In this document: positions 25,095-37,739 of the stretch, one piece after another | Position numbering within the stretch: the stretch's first letter is position 1 | How the letters are laid out: each line of letters opens with the position of its first letter | Origin: Squalus acanthias | Lineage: Eukaryota | DNA length: 64,000 bases | Direction: 5' to 3' | Assembly (NCBI GenBank): GCA_030390025.1 | Contig: CM059438.1 | Span: forward strand, 70,990,001-71,054,000 | Notes under the pieces: generated by a model | What the model was told of the DNA's origin: nothing | Database searches by the model: none | What the model saw: only the letters and a program-made list of their open reading frames with translations | Program-made: the position numbers and the translations under genes

Positions 25095-25833
25095 GGCCCA
25101 AAAATTCGTGAGGAAGCCTTCGTGCGAGGGTAAGGCTTCCCCGCGATCTCTCACTGCGCGTTGGCTTTTTCAGTTCCAGCTCGCACGAACTTGATGTTCT
25201 GGACAGCTGCTGTGCTGGGCTTGCGTATCCCACAGGCGTAGTTAATTCGTGCGAGCTGTGGGATCACGTGACTCAGTTAGAGCCAATGGCAGCACACCAT
25301 CTTCCATTCATAACTTTCACATAAGTGCTGTGAAAGCTATGAATCTATACCCCGCAAAAGAACAGCTAAACCTCAATTAAATTTAAAAAAAACCATCACA
25401 TTAATAAAATAAGTATAGTTAAATAAATTAACCATTTTAAATAAAAAATTAAATTTTTGAAAAAATTTAAAATCTTTTAAAAAGTTATAAAAATAAACTT
25501 ACCTGTCTTTAAAGTCTCTAAAAAAGATATACCTGTTAAAAAAAATTCAAAATAATACTTAATTCACTACTTACCTTGTTAAAAGTGGGTCTTACTCCTC
25601 TTTTTTTATGTGTAAAATCTTCCATACTTACCTGCGCGTTCAAAGCACTAAGTGCACAGCGTGCGCGCAGCCTGTAGCGCGCACGCAGTTCACCTAGGAA
25701 CCGCCCCTTTTTCCATTCACCAAGTGCCGGTTTTCAGCGCATGCGCAGTGCATGCAGAAAACCGGCAATTGGAGACAGAATACGCGAGAGTACACAGTGC
25801 GTACTCTCGCATATCAACACAAATTTTTGGGCC
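25095..25833. mobile_element. Harbinger-type MITE, copy 1 (739 bp)
   Basis: TIRs ggcccaaaaatt / aatttttgggcc; perfect 3-bp TSD ATT; near-identical to 46260-47001. Confidence 0.88.
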
Positions 25834-27268
25834 ATTATCACAGCAATAAAGCTTGGCTGTTTTAACTCTATTCCCTTCACTAGCAGAAGTTTGGCAAACA
25901 TGCTTTCGTACAAGACGTTGCCTCTTTTAATATTCTACTACTTCGCATCCTCAGAGGTCATTCATTTGCTAATGCTGTGAATCGCATAAGATGGTAGCAA
26001 TTGCCTCCATTAGCAGAAAATTACGGCAGCTAGCGTCCACAAGATGTACGTTATCAAAGCTATGACTGAACCGTTGATTGACCAAACTCTGAACGACATG
26101 TTGCAGCCTTAATCCAAGAGTTCACTTTAGAATACACCTCTTCTTAAGAGCTGAATGACAACCAGGGTTCCTTGGTGCTGATAAGTTCAGCATATTACAG
26201 CAGCGATTAATTATATATAAATCAATCAGTCCTTTACGTTCTATGCATTTTTAGAATAATTCTGACTGAAATATGAAGAGTAATTTCCATCTCTGGAAAT
26301 CCCATTGTCATCAGTCGCTAACTAAATGCCCCCTATTTTGGAAGTGAGATTTTGTTTTTTTAAAGGCTGCTGCCATTTAAAACTCACCTGATATTTATTA
26401 AAAGGCTTTTTTGTGCTATCTATATTTGACTTGTTTTTTCCTTCCCTAGGCTTTCAATCCTTCCTGTGTCCACCACTCAGTTGATTTTAGCTGTCTCTGT
26501 TTGTGTAGCATGTGACTTACTCAATAAATTGACTTGACGTCACTTTCTGCACGGAAACCCTGAACGCAAGTTTGGCCGACGATGTTACGCGATTTGAAAT
26601 TTTGTTAACTCAAATCTCCATTTTAAAAAAAGAATGAAAAAGGTTTGAATGGCTTTTAGCTGGTGGCGACTCTCGCTCCACTAATGAGGAGTTTGACCGC
26701 AGAAACCTCCTCTTTGATGCGATCTCAACAACTGATCAAATTACCTCGCTGCTGCCTTCAGAGGGTTCAGTGTTACCATCTGAAGCCCGCTGTGGCTCTT
26801 ATCTAATCGAATTTTTAAAGGCACTGAGTATTGAAATAACAAACTTGGAAATCGTCCAACATTGTAATTATTAATGATTGCAAGGACTCTTTTTTTTAAA
26901 TTTAGAATATACTAAAATGCAACTTTTTTTCCAATGACTTCCTATTTACATCAAAGGGATAGTCTAATTAGAGATTTTTTCTTTAAGAAGGTACAGATTT
27001 TCTACCATTGATGTAAATAGCTGAGGCACTTAAGGTCAATAAAAGATATGGGACCCAAAACAGTCCTTAGGGGGAGCCCTGGACCAGAAGGAGAGCTCAT
27101 TGTCAATCAAGTTTATTATCTTCTAGCCTGCAGCGCATGCTTGAGTCAGGGGCATTACTGTATAATGATGGAAGCAGAGGATTTTCAGTAACATCTGTAT
27201 TGTAGAATTACAGCCCTGGCCAATGAAACAAATGCTGGATGCTTGCATTCTATAAAGCCACTGGCCTT

Positions 27269-27338
<70 letters not shown>
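27269..27338 (+). repeat. Compound (CA)n(TA)n microsatellite
   Basis: cacacacacaca followed by a long tatata run. Confidence 0.95.
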
Positions 27339-27340
<2 letters not shown>

Positions 27341-29058
27341 TTCAAAAAGCGGGATTAACTGCAGTCCTCGGCAGTAGGAAAATACAGAAAGCCAGCAATC
27401 TGTACATAATTTGGTGACACAAATGCAGGTAGTCTACCCTGACAGGAATGGTCCTGTCGTCAGATCCAATTACGATTAGCTACTTTTCAGTTGAGTTGCT
27501 TCAATCCCCTTCACATCCAACCTGATGTATCATTAAAATTGAGGTTGTGACACAGGCAGACAGTAAAATCTTTTAAACTTATTTATGGGTAGAAGTGACA
27601 CGTTTTGTTCCCTGTGTTTCATATTATGTAGCCAAAAGGCTGCAGCAACACACAATTACTTTCTCGTTCCTTGACGAGTGTGTGGTTATTGAGCTGGTGG
27701 ATACTCTTGTTCGATTACATGTTCACAATGGACCCGCTTACACAGAATCAGTTCATTCTGGGGTTTGTGATGGCTTGCTCTGAATCAAGTCAGCATAATG
27801 GGGAAGAGGAAAAAAAGGTTTGTATTCCAGCCCGCTTACATAGGAGTTGATGCTTTGTCAACATTTATTGACAATTGTCTCACGAAAGAACATTTTTGGA
27901 AGCCCTCACATCTCGTGATTACTGGTGATTTGGTGCAGTGTACCAACTCGTAAACTACCATTTCACAGCGCATGATGCAAGTTGCTGCCTGAGCACCACA
28001 ATCCTACATAAAATGTCCGAGGAAGCAAAAATGTTGTTTTCTGAGTGATAGCAAATAACTTTCTGCAATAAATCACTTGCCCAAGTGAATACGCAAAGTC
28101 AGAAACTTTAAGATTGACATCTGTCGCAACCTGACTCTGACTATTGGATCAATGATTGGTGTCTGTGGTTTGATGACACCATGCCATTCGACTACTGCAG
28201 ATATCTAGTTTATCAACCTCACTCTCGCAATTTGTTGACAAATGTCCCAATAATGAATGAACCGTCTTCGGTCACTGCATTGCAGGGCTTTCATTATAGA
28301 TCAAACGATATTACCTGTGCTTTGCTTATCTCGAATCTATAATGTATGAAAAGTTCTGTGTTTACCATGCATTTCAGTTTAAATGTCTCCGTACCACAAG
28401 AAATCAGCTTTTCTGTTAGGTTCTTGGCAGACCTAAATCAAAAAACACTTCCCCACTATCCAGTTGCTTCAGAAACCTCTGACAGAAATGTCCTCCAACA
28501 CAACATAGGCAATGTTAACAGATGATTCATATCTGGATCCATATATTCTTCATATATATTTAGATATATGTCTAAATGTGTAGAAGCTGGTGTGTCCACA
28601 GCCATGCTTTTCCTTTAGTCTTGGATATAGCCCACTGCGTAATATTTCTCATGTTATCACTTGAGACCAATGAAAGGCATCAAGTCTGGCATTGTACCAG
28701 CCTCTTGGGGGAAAATTTTCTTCTGATTTTACCCCTTCTCCCAGAGGTTGTCCATGTTTTAAAAGATGGCGTTGTCATGGTGACATCTCTTTGTAAGAAA
28801 CTTTCTACCGTTTGTTGTACACAGAGAAGTCGGCAATGTCACTTCATTGCACTTCTGATCACCCACAAATAATTTCTTCTTACTATGAGAGAGTATAAAA
28901 ACTGCATTGATAAAGTCTGTACTGCAGTAAAAGCATCATCGACTGCAGTGTGGACATTGTCCAATATGCTGGGCTTGCTGACCAGGAACTGTGCTGCCTG
29001 AAAGTTAGGCAAAGCCATTTCTCAAAAAGCAGTTTTATTAACATTATTTTAAACCAAC

Positions 29059-29168
29059 CTCTGCCTTTGGAGGGCTCATCCAGTACTCCACATCATCTGA
29101 GGTCATGTTGCGAGGTAAAATGACAGGATCACTTTGAGGTGACAAACAGGAAGGGGTACATTCTGCAC
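29059..29168 (-). CDS. PAPPA: PAPPA exon (110 nt; CCP5)
   Basis: Acceptor ttccctttcag, donor gttggt. Translates (G)AECTPSCLSPQSDPVILPRNMTSDDVEYWMSPPKAE. Phase 1 to 0. Confidence 0.92.
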
Positions 29169-29334
29169 CTGAAAGGGAACAACATTTTTTTTTAGTGAGA
29201 ATCTACTTGTCTCTGTGCTATCCTGATTTCTGTATTTTTTTGTAACTCCTTGGATGCCTTTCAAATATAATGTTGGGAGTTGGGAGCAGCATTTTTTTGA
29301 AGTATGGTTAAAATCAAATGGTGCAAGATTGTAT

Positions 29335-29713
29335 AATCTCATTGAAACGTATAAAATTCTTAAGGGGCTTGACAGGGTAGATGCTGGGAGGATGTTTCCC
29401 CTGGCTGAGGAATCTAGAATCAGGGGTCACAGTCTCAGAATAAGGGGTTTGGCCATTTAGGACTGAGATGAGGAAAAATTTCTTCACTCAAAGGGTTGTG
29501 AATCTTTGGAATTCTCTACCCCAGTGGCCTGTGGATTCTCAGTCGTTGAGTATCTTCAAGACCGAGATCAATAGATTTTTTGGATACTAAGGGAACCAAG
29601 GGATATGGGGATAGTCCAGGAATGTGGAGTTGAGGTAGAAGATCAGCCATGATCTTATTGAATGGCGGAGCAGGCTTGAAGGGCCTACTGCTGCTCCTAT
29701 TTCTTATTTTCTT
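29335..29713 (+). mobile_element. CR1 LINE 3' end
   Basis: Encodes LIETYKILKGLDRVDAGRMFPLAEESRIRGHSLRIRG; 3' UTR gatcagccatgatcttattgaatggcggagcagg. Confidence 0.9.
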
Positions 29714-32325
29714 GCTGTATTAGCATACAAATGGGTTAAAATCTGACTGCTATTTTAACAAAGGTGCTAACCTGTGTGTTTTTAGCAGTTTCATGTATCT
29801 GAAAAATTCTAGCAAGAGTTTCTCTTACTTACGGGTACATTGTGTCCGTGAACATCATACGTTGCAATTTTAGCCCAAAAGCCTATTTGAGCGAGCACGC
29901 TGAAGGACTTTAACAAGCAGGAAGGATAGCAGAAGGCACTCTAAAATATGTTAATTTTCAGATGGTATATTTCTAGTCAAAGTATACCGAGGTAGTCATG
30001 TTGAAAAGAGGTGTATGTATCTTTATGTGAAACTGCCAATAATGGTAGGTTTATAGCTTTATGACTAGGCTAACAACAGACTCAGTCGGAGCATATTCTA
30101 GGGTGTTCCCTATTAAATTGTCCCCCTACTTAAAACCATACACTTTATCGGGCATAACTATCTTACTGGAATTACTGAGTTCAATTATGTAAGAGAACTG
30201 AACCAGCATCAACAGAGAAACAGTGATTAACCTCAGCAACACACTGTTTCAACTGTGCCTGTCAATTCAGCACCTTCAGACAGTCCGGCTCAGTAACTGA
30301 TTCAAGCCGGTGCCTCGGATGATGTATTCGGCACTGAGCGAACAAATCTATTCAGCAAAAGTGAAGGGAAAAATATTCATCCTAATTCTTTTTAACTTCT
30401 TGTTTTGAAAGAATTATGGGCTCTTTCTCTTTAAGAGCTCCCTGTAGATGCTCTGATCAGAAAAGATGGCTGCACCATGCTCAGCGTTCCAATCTTGTAG
30501 GGTTTGCACCCAAGTCTGAAACATGGTCAGTTTGCGACGGCGCTGGCTCCAGCACAAAGCGGCTGCGCTAACATTGGTAGAGAGTGCGGCAGTAAACTTT
30601 GCTTGTCGTTGTATCTGTTTAACTCCTCTCTTCCACACCGCCGGGCTCAGTCACCCTAAGCTATCCTGTCCTGCAATGATGTCATTCATTTAATACTAAC
30701 AATAAAAAAACAAAAGGGGGAAAAGAAAATGATAGAAAAAGGAATTTTAATTCTTTGGCTTTTAAAACTGGTGGTGACACTCCCCCCGATCAATGTTTAC
30801 ATACAATATGTATTTTGGCACATTATGCATATTAAAATAATTTTTAAATGCATACATTTTGGATTCATTTATTATTTTTCTTCCTATGGCAACATCGATA
30901 ATAAATTTCTGCGAGGCAGACTGTTGCAATGGAATTCCTTCACGTTCTGACAGCACATACTACATTCCATGGAGCCTAGCAGTTCCATAATTGATAGGGC
31001 AAAGATATTTAAGCACTATGGATAGCTCCACAATCCCTAACTCACATACTAATCTGTCTGTCTCTCTCTCTCCTCCTCTCTCCTTAACTAATCAGACATC
31101 AGTCATGCCTGAATAAACAGCAGAGACAGGGTTGCCCTCGAACTCACCACAGTATTTTATACTAATTAATTTTAAACCTTTAGAGAGTGCGTGCTCCAAT
31201 GACTTGAGCGTCGGATGATCAAGGCAGCTCCGTCAAGGCCGAGTGTTTAACACAGGGCAGGGTGCCATTTATTTCGGAATTTACAGGTTGCACGGTGCCT
31301 GTTGCTTAAACAAACCAGAGGTCTGTCACGGGAAATGTTTTTTAGATCGCACCCAGAGTACCTACAGAGCTGAAGAGCAGGCAGTAAACGGACAGATTCG
31401 CCCGTCTGAAAGCTGTGTTCGCTTTCCAGCGTTCTGCTCTCTGCATTCGCAGCAGTAGAACAGATCTGTAGTCGCATCCAAAAGCTAGGAAATTAGATTT
31501 TAAATATCGCAGCTAAACTTTTTTTTTTAAATAACGTTTTGATCTACAATGTAAGGTTATTCCAAGGTCGGGATGTGGAACGTCATGTTATGAACTGGCC
31601 AAAGGTCAGTGTGGTGACTTTGTACTCGAGGTCTTGTCTGCTTATAATTGGAGGTACATTGTGGAGGTTGGTAGAATGGAAAGTGCCAATAAACCGGATC
31701 GGAATTCACTACCACCTTCGTACCTCTTCTCACTCGAGCAGTATTATAATAGCAGAGTCAGGCACTGACATTAAGCCCTGCTTATGACGGCTGGAATTCC
31801 TCAAGTCTTGTTTTAATTTGATGGTTTTTAAAAAAAAAAATAATAATAACTTTTATGCAACTTGACACTAAACCCAGTGGTATTTCTGGCCATTCCTGTT
31901 ATACTTAAAACCTTCAAACTCAGCCCTGACTTGACTGTACTCAGACTGATTTTTTTTTTTAAAGCAACGTTTCATCAGAAAATTACTGGTTGACAGGTTT
32001 TCAATTTTCTTAAATTAGGTCAAAGGTTTATTTGGAAAGGAATGCTGCAACATTAATGCGTGGCACAAAACAGGAAATCTGGAGAGAGAATTTTTGTTTG
32101 CGATTGCCAAGGGTCAGTTTTTTTTCCGTGCACGCTGCACTCTGTAATTATGCAAAACTTCTGGAGATTACTTTTGAAATGGAACAATAAAGTGTATGAC
32201 AATATAATCAGGAGTAGAATTTCAGCAACTGTTTTAAGATTTATTTTCCCAGATTGAGGCAGGGCAAGGTATTATGATACAGAAAATGTAACCTGGGAAG
32301 CGCTGCGTGAACAATGTCAAAGGCA

Positions 32326-32710
32326 ATAGCTAAATACTGCGGATGCTGGAAATCTGAAATAACAACAGAAAATGCTGGAAGCACTCATCAGGCCAGGCAG
32401 CATCCGTGGAGAGAGAAACAGAGTTAACGTTTCAGGTCTGGGACCCTTCATCAGAACTGGAAAAAGCTGGAGATGTAACAGATTTTAAGCAGGTGCAGAG
32501 ACAGGGAGAGGTGGTGGGGGTGGGGAGGAAGGAATTGAAGGAGCATACTGTGCTTAGGTAAGAGGCAGGAAAGATAAAATGTTGCAAATGGGGTGGCAAA
32601 ATCATACAGCATGAAAAATGGGGGCTGGGGTTATAGTTTGAAATTGTTGAACTCAATGTTGAGGCCAGAAGGCTTTAAAGTGCCTAATCGAAAGATGAGG
32701 TGCTGTTGCT
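32326..32710 (-). mobile_element. 5'-truncated Penelope-like element (ORF end, pLTR and tail) with 11-bp TSD
   Basis: Minus strand 32708-32631 encodes QQHLIFRLGTLKPSGLNIEFNNFKL*, resembling the GIY-YIG C-terminal PxGLN motif of PLEs. TSD tgtcaaaggca at 32315-32325 and 32711-32721. Confidence 0.85.
32420..32455 (-). ncRNA. Hammerhead-ribozyme-like core in the Penelope pLTR
   Basis: CUGAUGA-A-GGGUC-CCA-GACCU-GAAA-CGUUAAC on the element's sense strand; stems I and III not verified. Confidence 0.45.
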
Positions 32711-34428
32711 TGTCAAAGGCATGCCAGTTATAAAAATAATGGGTCAGTGTCCTCTTTAATATGAGGGTACAATTAAATTCACCTCAGGTATCAAACCTTT
32801 CTCTCTCTTCGGTCTACTCTGTCTGCATCGTTCCCTGGCTGACCAGGTAGGTAAATGACCTCTGCTCTGCCCATACCACTATGGGGGAAGAACAACCCAA
32901 GGTGATTTGTGTCTTGATCTGTTCTTTTGTTTTCCCTCTTTGCCCAATGGAAAGTACTTGGCCTCCTGCAACTTGTCTCTGCCTGATGACCTAATGAGGT
33001 GGGGGTGAGGAATTGCAAACACAAACTAACGTCATGCCACTGTCTATGGTGCAGTGCATGGCGATGCCAGTGTTACTTAACGATGGCAAACCAGGAGTTG
33101 TGATCTTAGTAAAGCTTAATCAGCATAATTAATTATCAATACATTTCAGAGCTCAACAAATTTCAATATTAATACAATTTAGAAAACTGTTGCTTCCCCC
33201 GCCCCGCCCCCCCATCCACCCTCCACCTATTGGTGTTGATTCTTGCTGGATTATGGTTCTGGGGGATTAAGCATCCTCTATTGTGACTATTCTTCATAAT
33301 TGAGACTAAACTGTGGCCCCAAAAATAGGCCACAGTTCTGGTGGACTCCCAGGATAAGTCCACTGGAGGTCCTTTGAAAGAGTTGCAAACTCGGGTAGGT
33401 CATGTCCTGGAGTCGCGCTGCACTTTCTGAGCTGACCTTGTGGGGAATGGAGCCTCTGCTCACCCCTGCAAGGCCGTTGATGTGAGGGGCGGTGGGGGTC
33501 AGGAAGCAGGGACTCCGTAAATCAGAAATTCTGGCTCCTAGGTCCTCAGTCGGGTCCTGGGGTATGATTGGCACAGGGACGCCCGGTCTCAGCAGGTGTA
33601 CCTGCCTGGACCTGCCGGAAGTGAGATGTAGCTGAGGGTCCAAGCCTGTACTAGGGTTTGGACCCCTAAGATCAGGTTGAAGCAGCCCCTTTTATTAAAG
33701 GTGGCGTGGGGGCACCCAGATTACTATTTAGGGGGTGGGGCATTTAAGCGCTCTTCAACCCCCCCTGCTTCCCCAAACCCACCCCCCACAGTCAGCAACC
33801 GTTAGTGTTTCTGGGGTCTTTAGGGGGAGTTGCCATAGATGCACCCCAAGCTGCTGAAGGCCCACTCATGCAGACCCTCCCCCCCCCACCCCCCCAACCC
33901 TACAAACATCGGCAGGGTCAGTGGCAGAGTCTCACGGTTGGCGTGAACCCAGCGTAACTGCTGGAATCGCGTCCCCATGGAATGTCTCGGCCAGTGAGCT
34001 TGGGCAGGCTGCTCATGCTCAAGCTCATGCTGCCCAATCTGATCCCGTCGTCACCCGGCATCCACGTAGATTTCTCGAAAGGAATAACTGGACAGCAATC
34101 AAGAATGTCACACCAAGCAATGTGATAACCCACTTAGCCATCAAGAGAGCTTATGATTTTGAGACTTCAGTGGGTGAAGCTCGAAAAATTATGAAAGAAA
34201 TACGATGCATTGAAGGGGAAGCCGGATAAACGGATGAGGGAGAAAAGAATAGACAGCTACGCTGATGGGGTTAGATGACGAGGGGTGGGAGGAGGCTCGT
34301 GTGGAACATAAACATCAGCATGGACCTGTTGGGCCGAATGGTCTGTTTCTGTGCTGTACATTCTATGTAATTCAATGTAACCTCCTGAGTTTGAAAATCT
34401 TCTTAACACTATTCCTTCAGTGTGTTAC

Positions 34429-34576
34429 CTATGCCGTAACCGTCTTTGCAGGTCAGCCTAATGTGAGTGTTGAGGAGATGAGGCCGTGGGCAATCCCCCT
34501 TCATTGAGCTGCAGAGCTGTAGCGAGCCATTCCACGTTCCGTCTTTCCTGCAGCGAATCAAGTTATTGATGGGTTC
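34429..34576 (-). CDS. PAPPA: PAPPA exon (148 nt; CCP4-CCP5)
   Basis: Acceptor gttttctag, donor G|gtaaca. Translates EPINNLIRCRKDGTWNGSLQLCSSMKGDCPRPHLLNTHIRLTCKDGYGI(G); the CRKDGTWNGS motif is as in PAPP-A. Phase 0 to 1. Confidence 0.94.
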
Positions 34577-35094
34577 CTAGAAAACATTGCATGGGCACGT
34601 CCTTAATGATGTACACTCAGTGACGCAAATCCTGTATGAACTTAAAATGGGGACCAGGCCCAGCAGCACATGCTCGACAGTAAACCAATAGTAACCGTGT
34701 AGTTTGGCACTCGAGCTGCTTTCATCACGGTACAGGTTTGAGTTTTACCATTTTACCGCACTTAGTGCAGGGATGTCCATGCTTTGGTCTTCATGGGTCA
34801 CAGAGGTGTGTACAGCGGGCAGATTTATAATTTAAATGCTTGTTCCCATTCATTTGCATATATCTTACGTTGCTGATACTGATAGACCACGGTGTCCTGA
34901 TTTAGGATTGATCCACCAAAAGGCAATAGTGCTGCCCATAACAACACGGTCCACACCTTCCATTTCCACAATGTTCAAAGCAGGAGAAATCAGCAAATAA
35001 GAAATATAAGTGCAAACAAAAACATCGACTTGGGCCTCGCCACTGACTCTGCTTAAAACTAACTGTTTGCAACCTCGCCATCCTATTTGACCCT

Positions 35095-35775
35095 GAGCTG
35101 AGCTTCTGACCTCATATTCTCTCCATAACCAAGGACGCCTACTTCCACGTTCATAACTGCTCGTCTCTGCCCCTGCCTCAGCCGATCTGCTTTTGAAACC
35201 TTCATCCATGTTTTTTTCACCTCCAGAGTTGGCTATTCGAATGCTCTCCTGGCTGGCCTCCACCCCCGCCATAAACATCAGCTCATCCACAACTCTGCTG
35301 CCTATATCCTAACCCGTACCAAGACCCACTCATCTATCACCCCTGTGATCACTGACCTACATTGGTTCCTGTTCCGCCAATGCCTCCAATTTGAAATTCT
35401 CATCCTTATGCTCAAATCCCTCATGGCCTTCCGCCTCCCTATCTCGGTAACCTCCTCCAACCCTACAACACTCCACAAACTCTGGTCTCTTCTGCACCCT
35501 CAACTCCCTTCACCTCACCATTGGTGCCTGTGACTTCAGCCATCTATTGCTTAAGCTCTGGAATGCCCTCTCTCCACCTGTCTCTCTCTCTCTCCCCATT
35601 TCTCTCTCCTCCTTTAAGACCCTGCTTAAAACTTATCTCTTTGATCAAGCTTTTAGTCACCTCCCCCCAATATCTCCCTTTTTGGCTTGATAATTTTTAT
35701 CTGATTACTCTTCTCTGAGGCACCTTGGGACATTTTTCTACATTCAAAGCTCTCTATGAATGTAACTTCTTGTTT
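35095..35775 (+). mobile_element. L2 LINE 3' fragment
   Basis: Homologous to 10730-11290 and extends further 5' (gaaaccttcatccatg...ctattcgaatgctctcctggctggcctcc). Confidence 0.85.
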
Positions 35776-36692
35776 TTACATCGATTCAATCTGTGGACAA
35801 GTATTCTTTTTTTACTGAACACCCATTTTTTTCCATTGTTAATGTTGTACGCTATATAGTATAGTACTGTGATGTCATCTAATGTTACAAGTGGATCTCC
35901 CAAGGCATTCCTCGTAGGGAGTCAGATGACGCGCTAAGATCGATTTTGACTGCCTTCACCTCGCGCGTTAACGGGCGGTAGTGGCCTCAAAATGGGATTG
36001 GCAGATTTACCGCCCGGCTCCAGTTTGAAAGGGTCCTACTACCAGGTGTCCAAAGCATCGCCTGTTTCAGGTGATAATTCCCATTTAATATGAAAATTGA
36101 TGTCCTGTAACTTAAGTAGGACCCCGATTGCCATTTTAGGTCGGAGCCTGCGCACCAGTTCCACGGGCGATGGAACCGAAGAGTCCCGCTAAAGGTAAGC
36201 GTTGAATTATTTTTTCTGTGTCCCGCAGGAGCAGATGTACTCCTCTAGGGCCCACAAAAATAATCTGGGCTTCTGGCACCCCAGGACTCCCACCCTCCGT
36301 GATTGCGCCTCCCCTCCCTGTAACTTGTCTTACTGGCGGCAGCTCTGACTGATCTTGAGGCCTCAATCCAGTGAGCTGCCTGCTAGGCGTCCGCAGCTCG
36401 CCTGGCAGACTTAAATGAGGCCGGGGCGCTCAAAATGGCAGAGGCCTCTTCTCTTCAGTGCTCTCCGCCGGTTGGTCGAACCAAAGGTGAAAATAGACAC
36501 ACTGTTTTGGAAACCCAGGAGCGCGACACCGTGTAACGCACCATGTGTTATTCCAGGTCCCTTCAAGGCCACACTATTCAGTAGATGCAGCTTCAGGTCA
36601 ACCAAAGTTTAATTGCGATTTGGTGAGGGAACGTTTGCAGATTGAAAAATTCTTGGGAATTTCGGGTTCCAGAACAAAAGCATCGAGCATTA

Positions 36693-36898
36693 AGGGGAAG
36701 CGGAAGCCAAGCGCAGGCAGCGCAAGGAGCGCACGTCAACCCAAGCACCCCACCCACCTGCCCCTTCAACCACCGTCTGCCCCACCTGTGACAGAGACTG
36801 TGGGTCCCGCATTGGACTCATCAGTCACCTGCGAACTCATTTTTAATGTGGAAGCAAGTAATCCTCGGTTCCGAGGGACTGCCTCAGAAGAAGAAGAA
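36693..36898 (+). mobile_element. RTE LINE short 3' fragment
   Basis: Matches about 59870-60073; encodes the C2H2-type CPTCDRDCGSRIGLISHLRTH; (gaa)n tail. Confidence 0.88.
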
Positions 36899-37567
36899 CT
36901 GGCTTTCTTTATTTTTAAAAGTCTGTTCTGCATCTGTGACAAAGCATGACATCCAGGCACACAGCTGCAATGTTTAAATATATTGCAGATCTTTCTTGTT
37001 TTTTGTAAATCTTACGATTCAGCATTTTCAAGGCGGAGCTCTGTGAAAATGAAATACACGGAGAAATTTGGGTGCCTGAGCTCCTGATACGTGTTTCCAG
37101 GTGGAGCTCTGCGCTGGGAGTGCTAAATCGTAAAATTTACCTCGTAGTGTTGTCTGAGATGTCACTTCCTTCCACTGGAAATAAAATCATTCCATTGATT
37201 GGATCTGCCCTCATCGTCGTTGATTAAAAACATTGGGAATCAAGGGAAGCCTGAAGGGGGGGCTGGAAGTTCCCAATATAGGAAAATCCCCATTAACCAC
37301 ATCACCATTAACTGGCGTCCATCTGTACTGAAAACTGTTTGCATTGCATATTAGAAAGTCTCAGACAGCGATGTGAGTCAGTCTGCTGAGGAGAAACCCT
37401 CATAAAACAGAAATAAAACCCTTGTAAAAATGTTTGTGTGGTAAAATTAGCGAGGAAGTGTTCCTTACTCCAAACAGGCAGCAAAGTTTCTCCGTTACAG
37501 TTTTCCTACTTAAAAGCTAATTTTCTAACTTTCCACACATGAAGTATTTGTGATTCTCGTTACTTAC

Positions 37568-37739
37568 AGTCTGATTGTTGGCATCGCTGCAATTTATCCA
37601 GCAGGCACTGTTGAACTGGAAGCCATTTGTACACTGGTAAGACCCATGAAATTTTGCTGGGACTGCCTCACACATAACAGGAATGCACATTCCCTGCTGC
37701 CAGCTCCCATCCTCTGTGCACCTCGTCTTGAAGGTCCTC
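37568..37739 (-). CDS. PAPPA: PAPPA exon (172 nt; CCP3-CCP4)
   Basis: Acceptor ttttaaaag, donor gtaagt. Translates RTFKTRCTEDGSWQQGMCIPVMCEAVPAKFHGSYQCTNGFQFNSACWINCSDANNQT. Phase 2 to 0. Confidence 0.94.
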
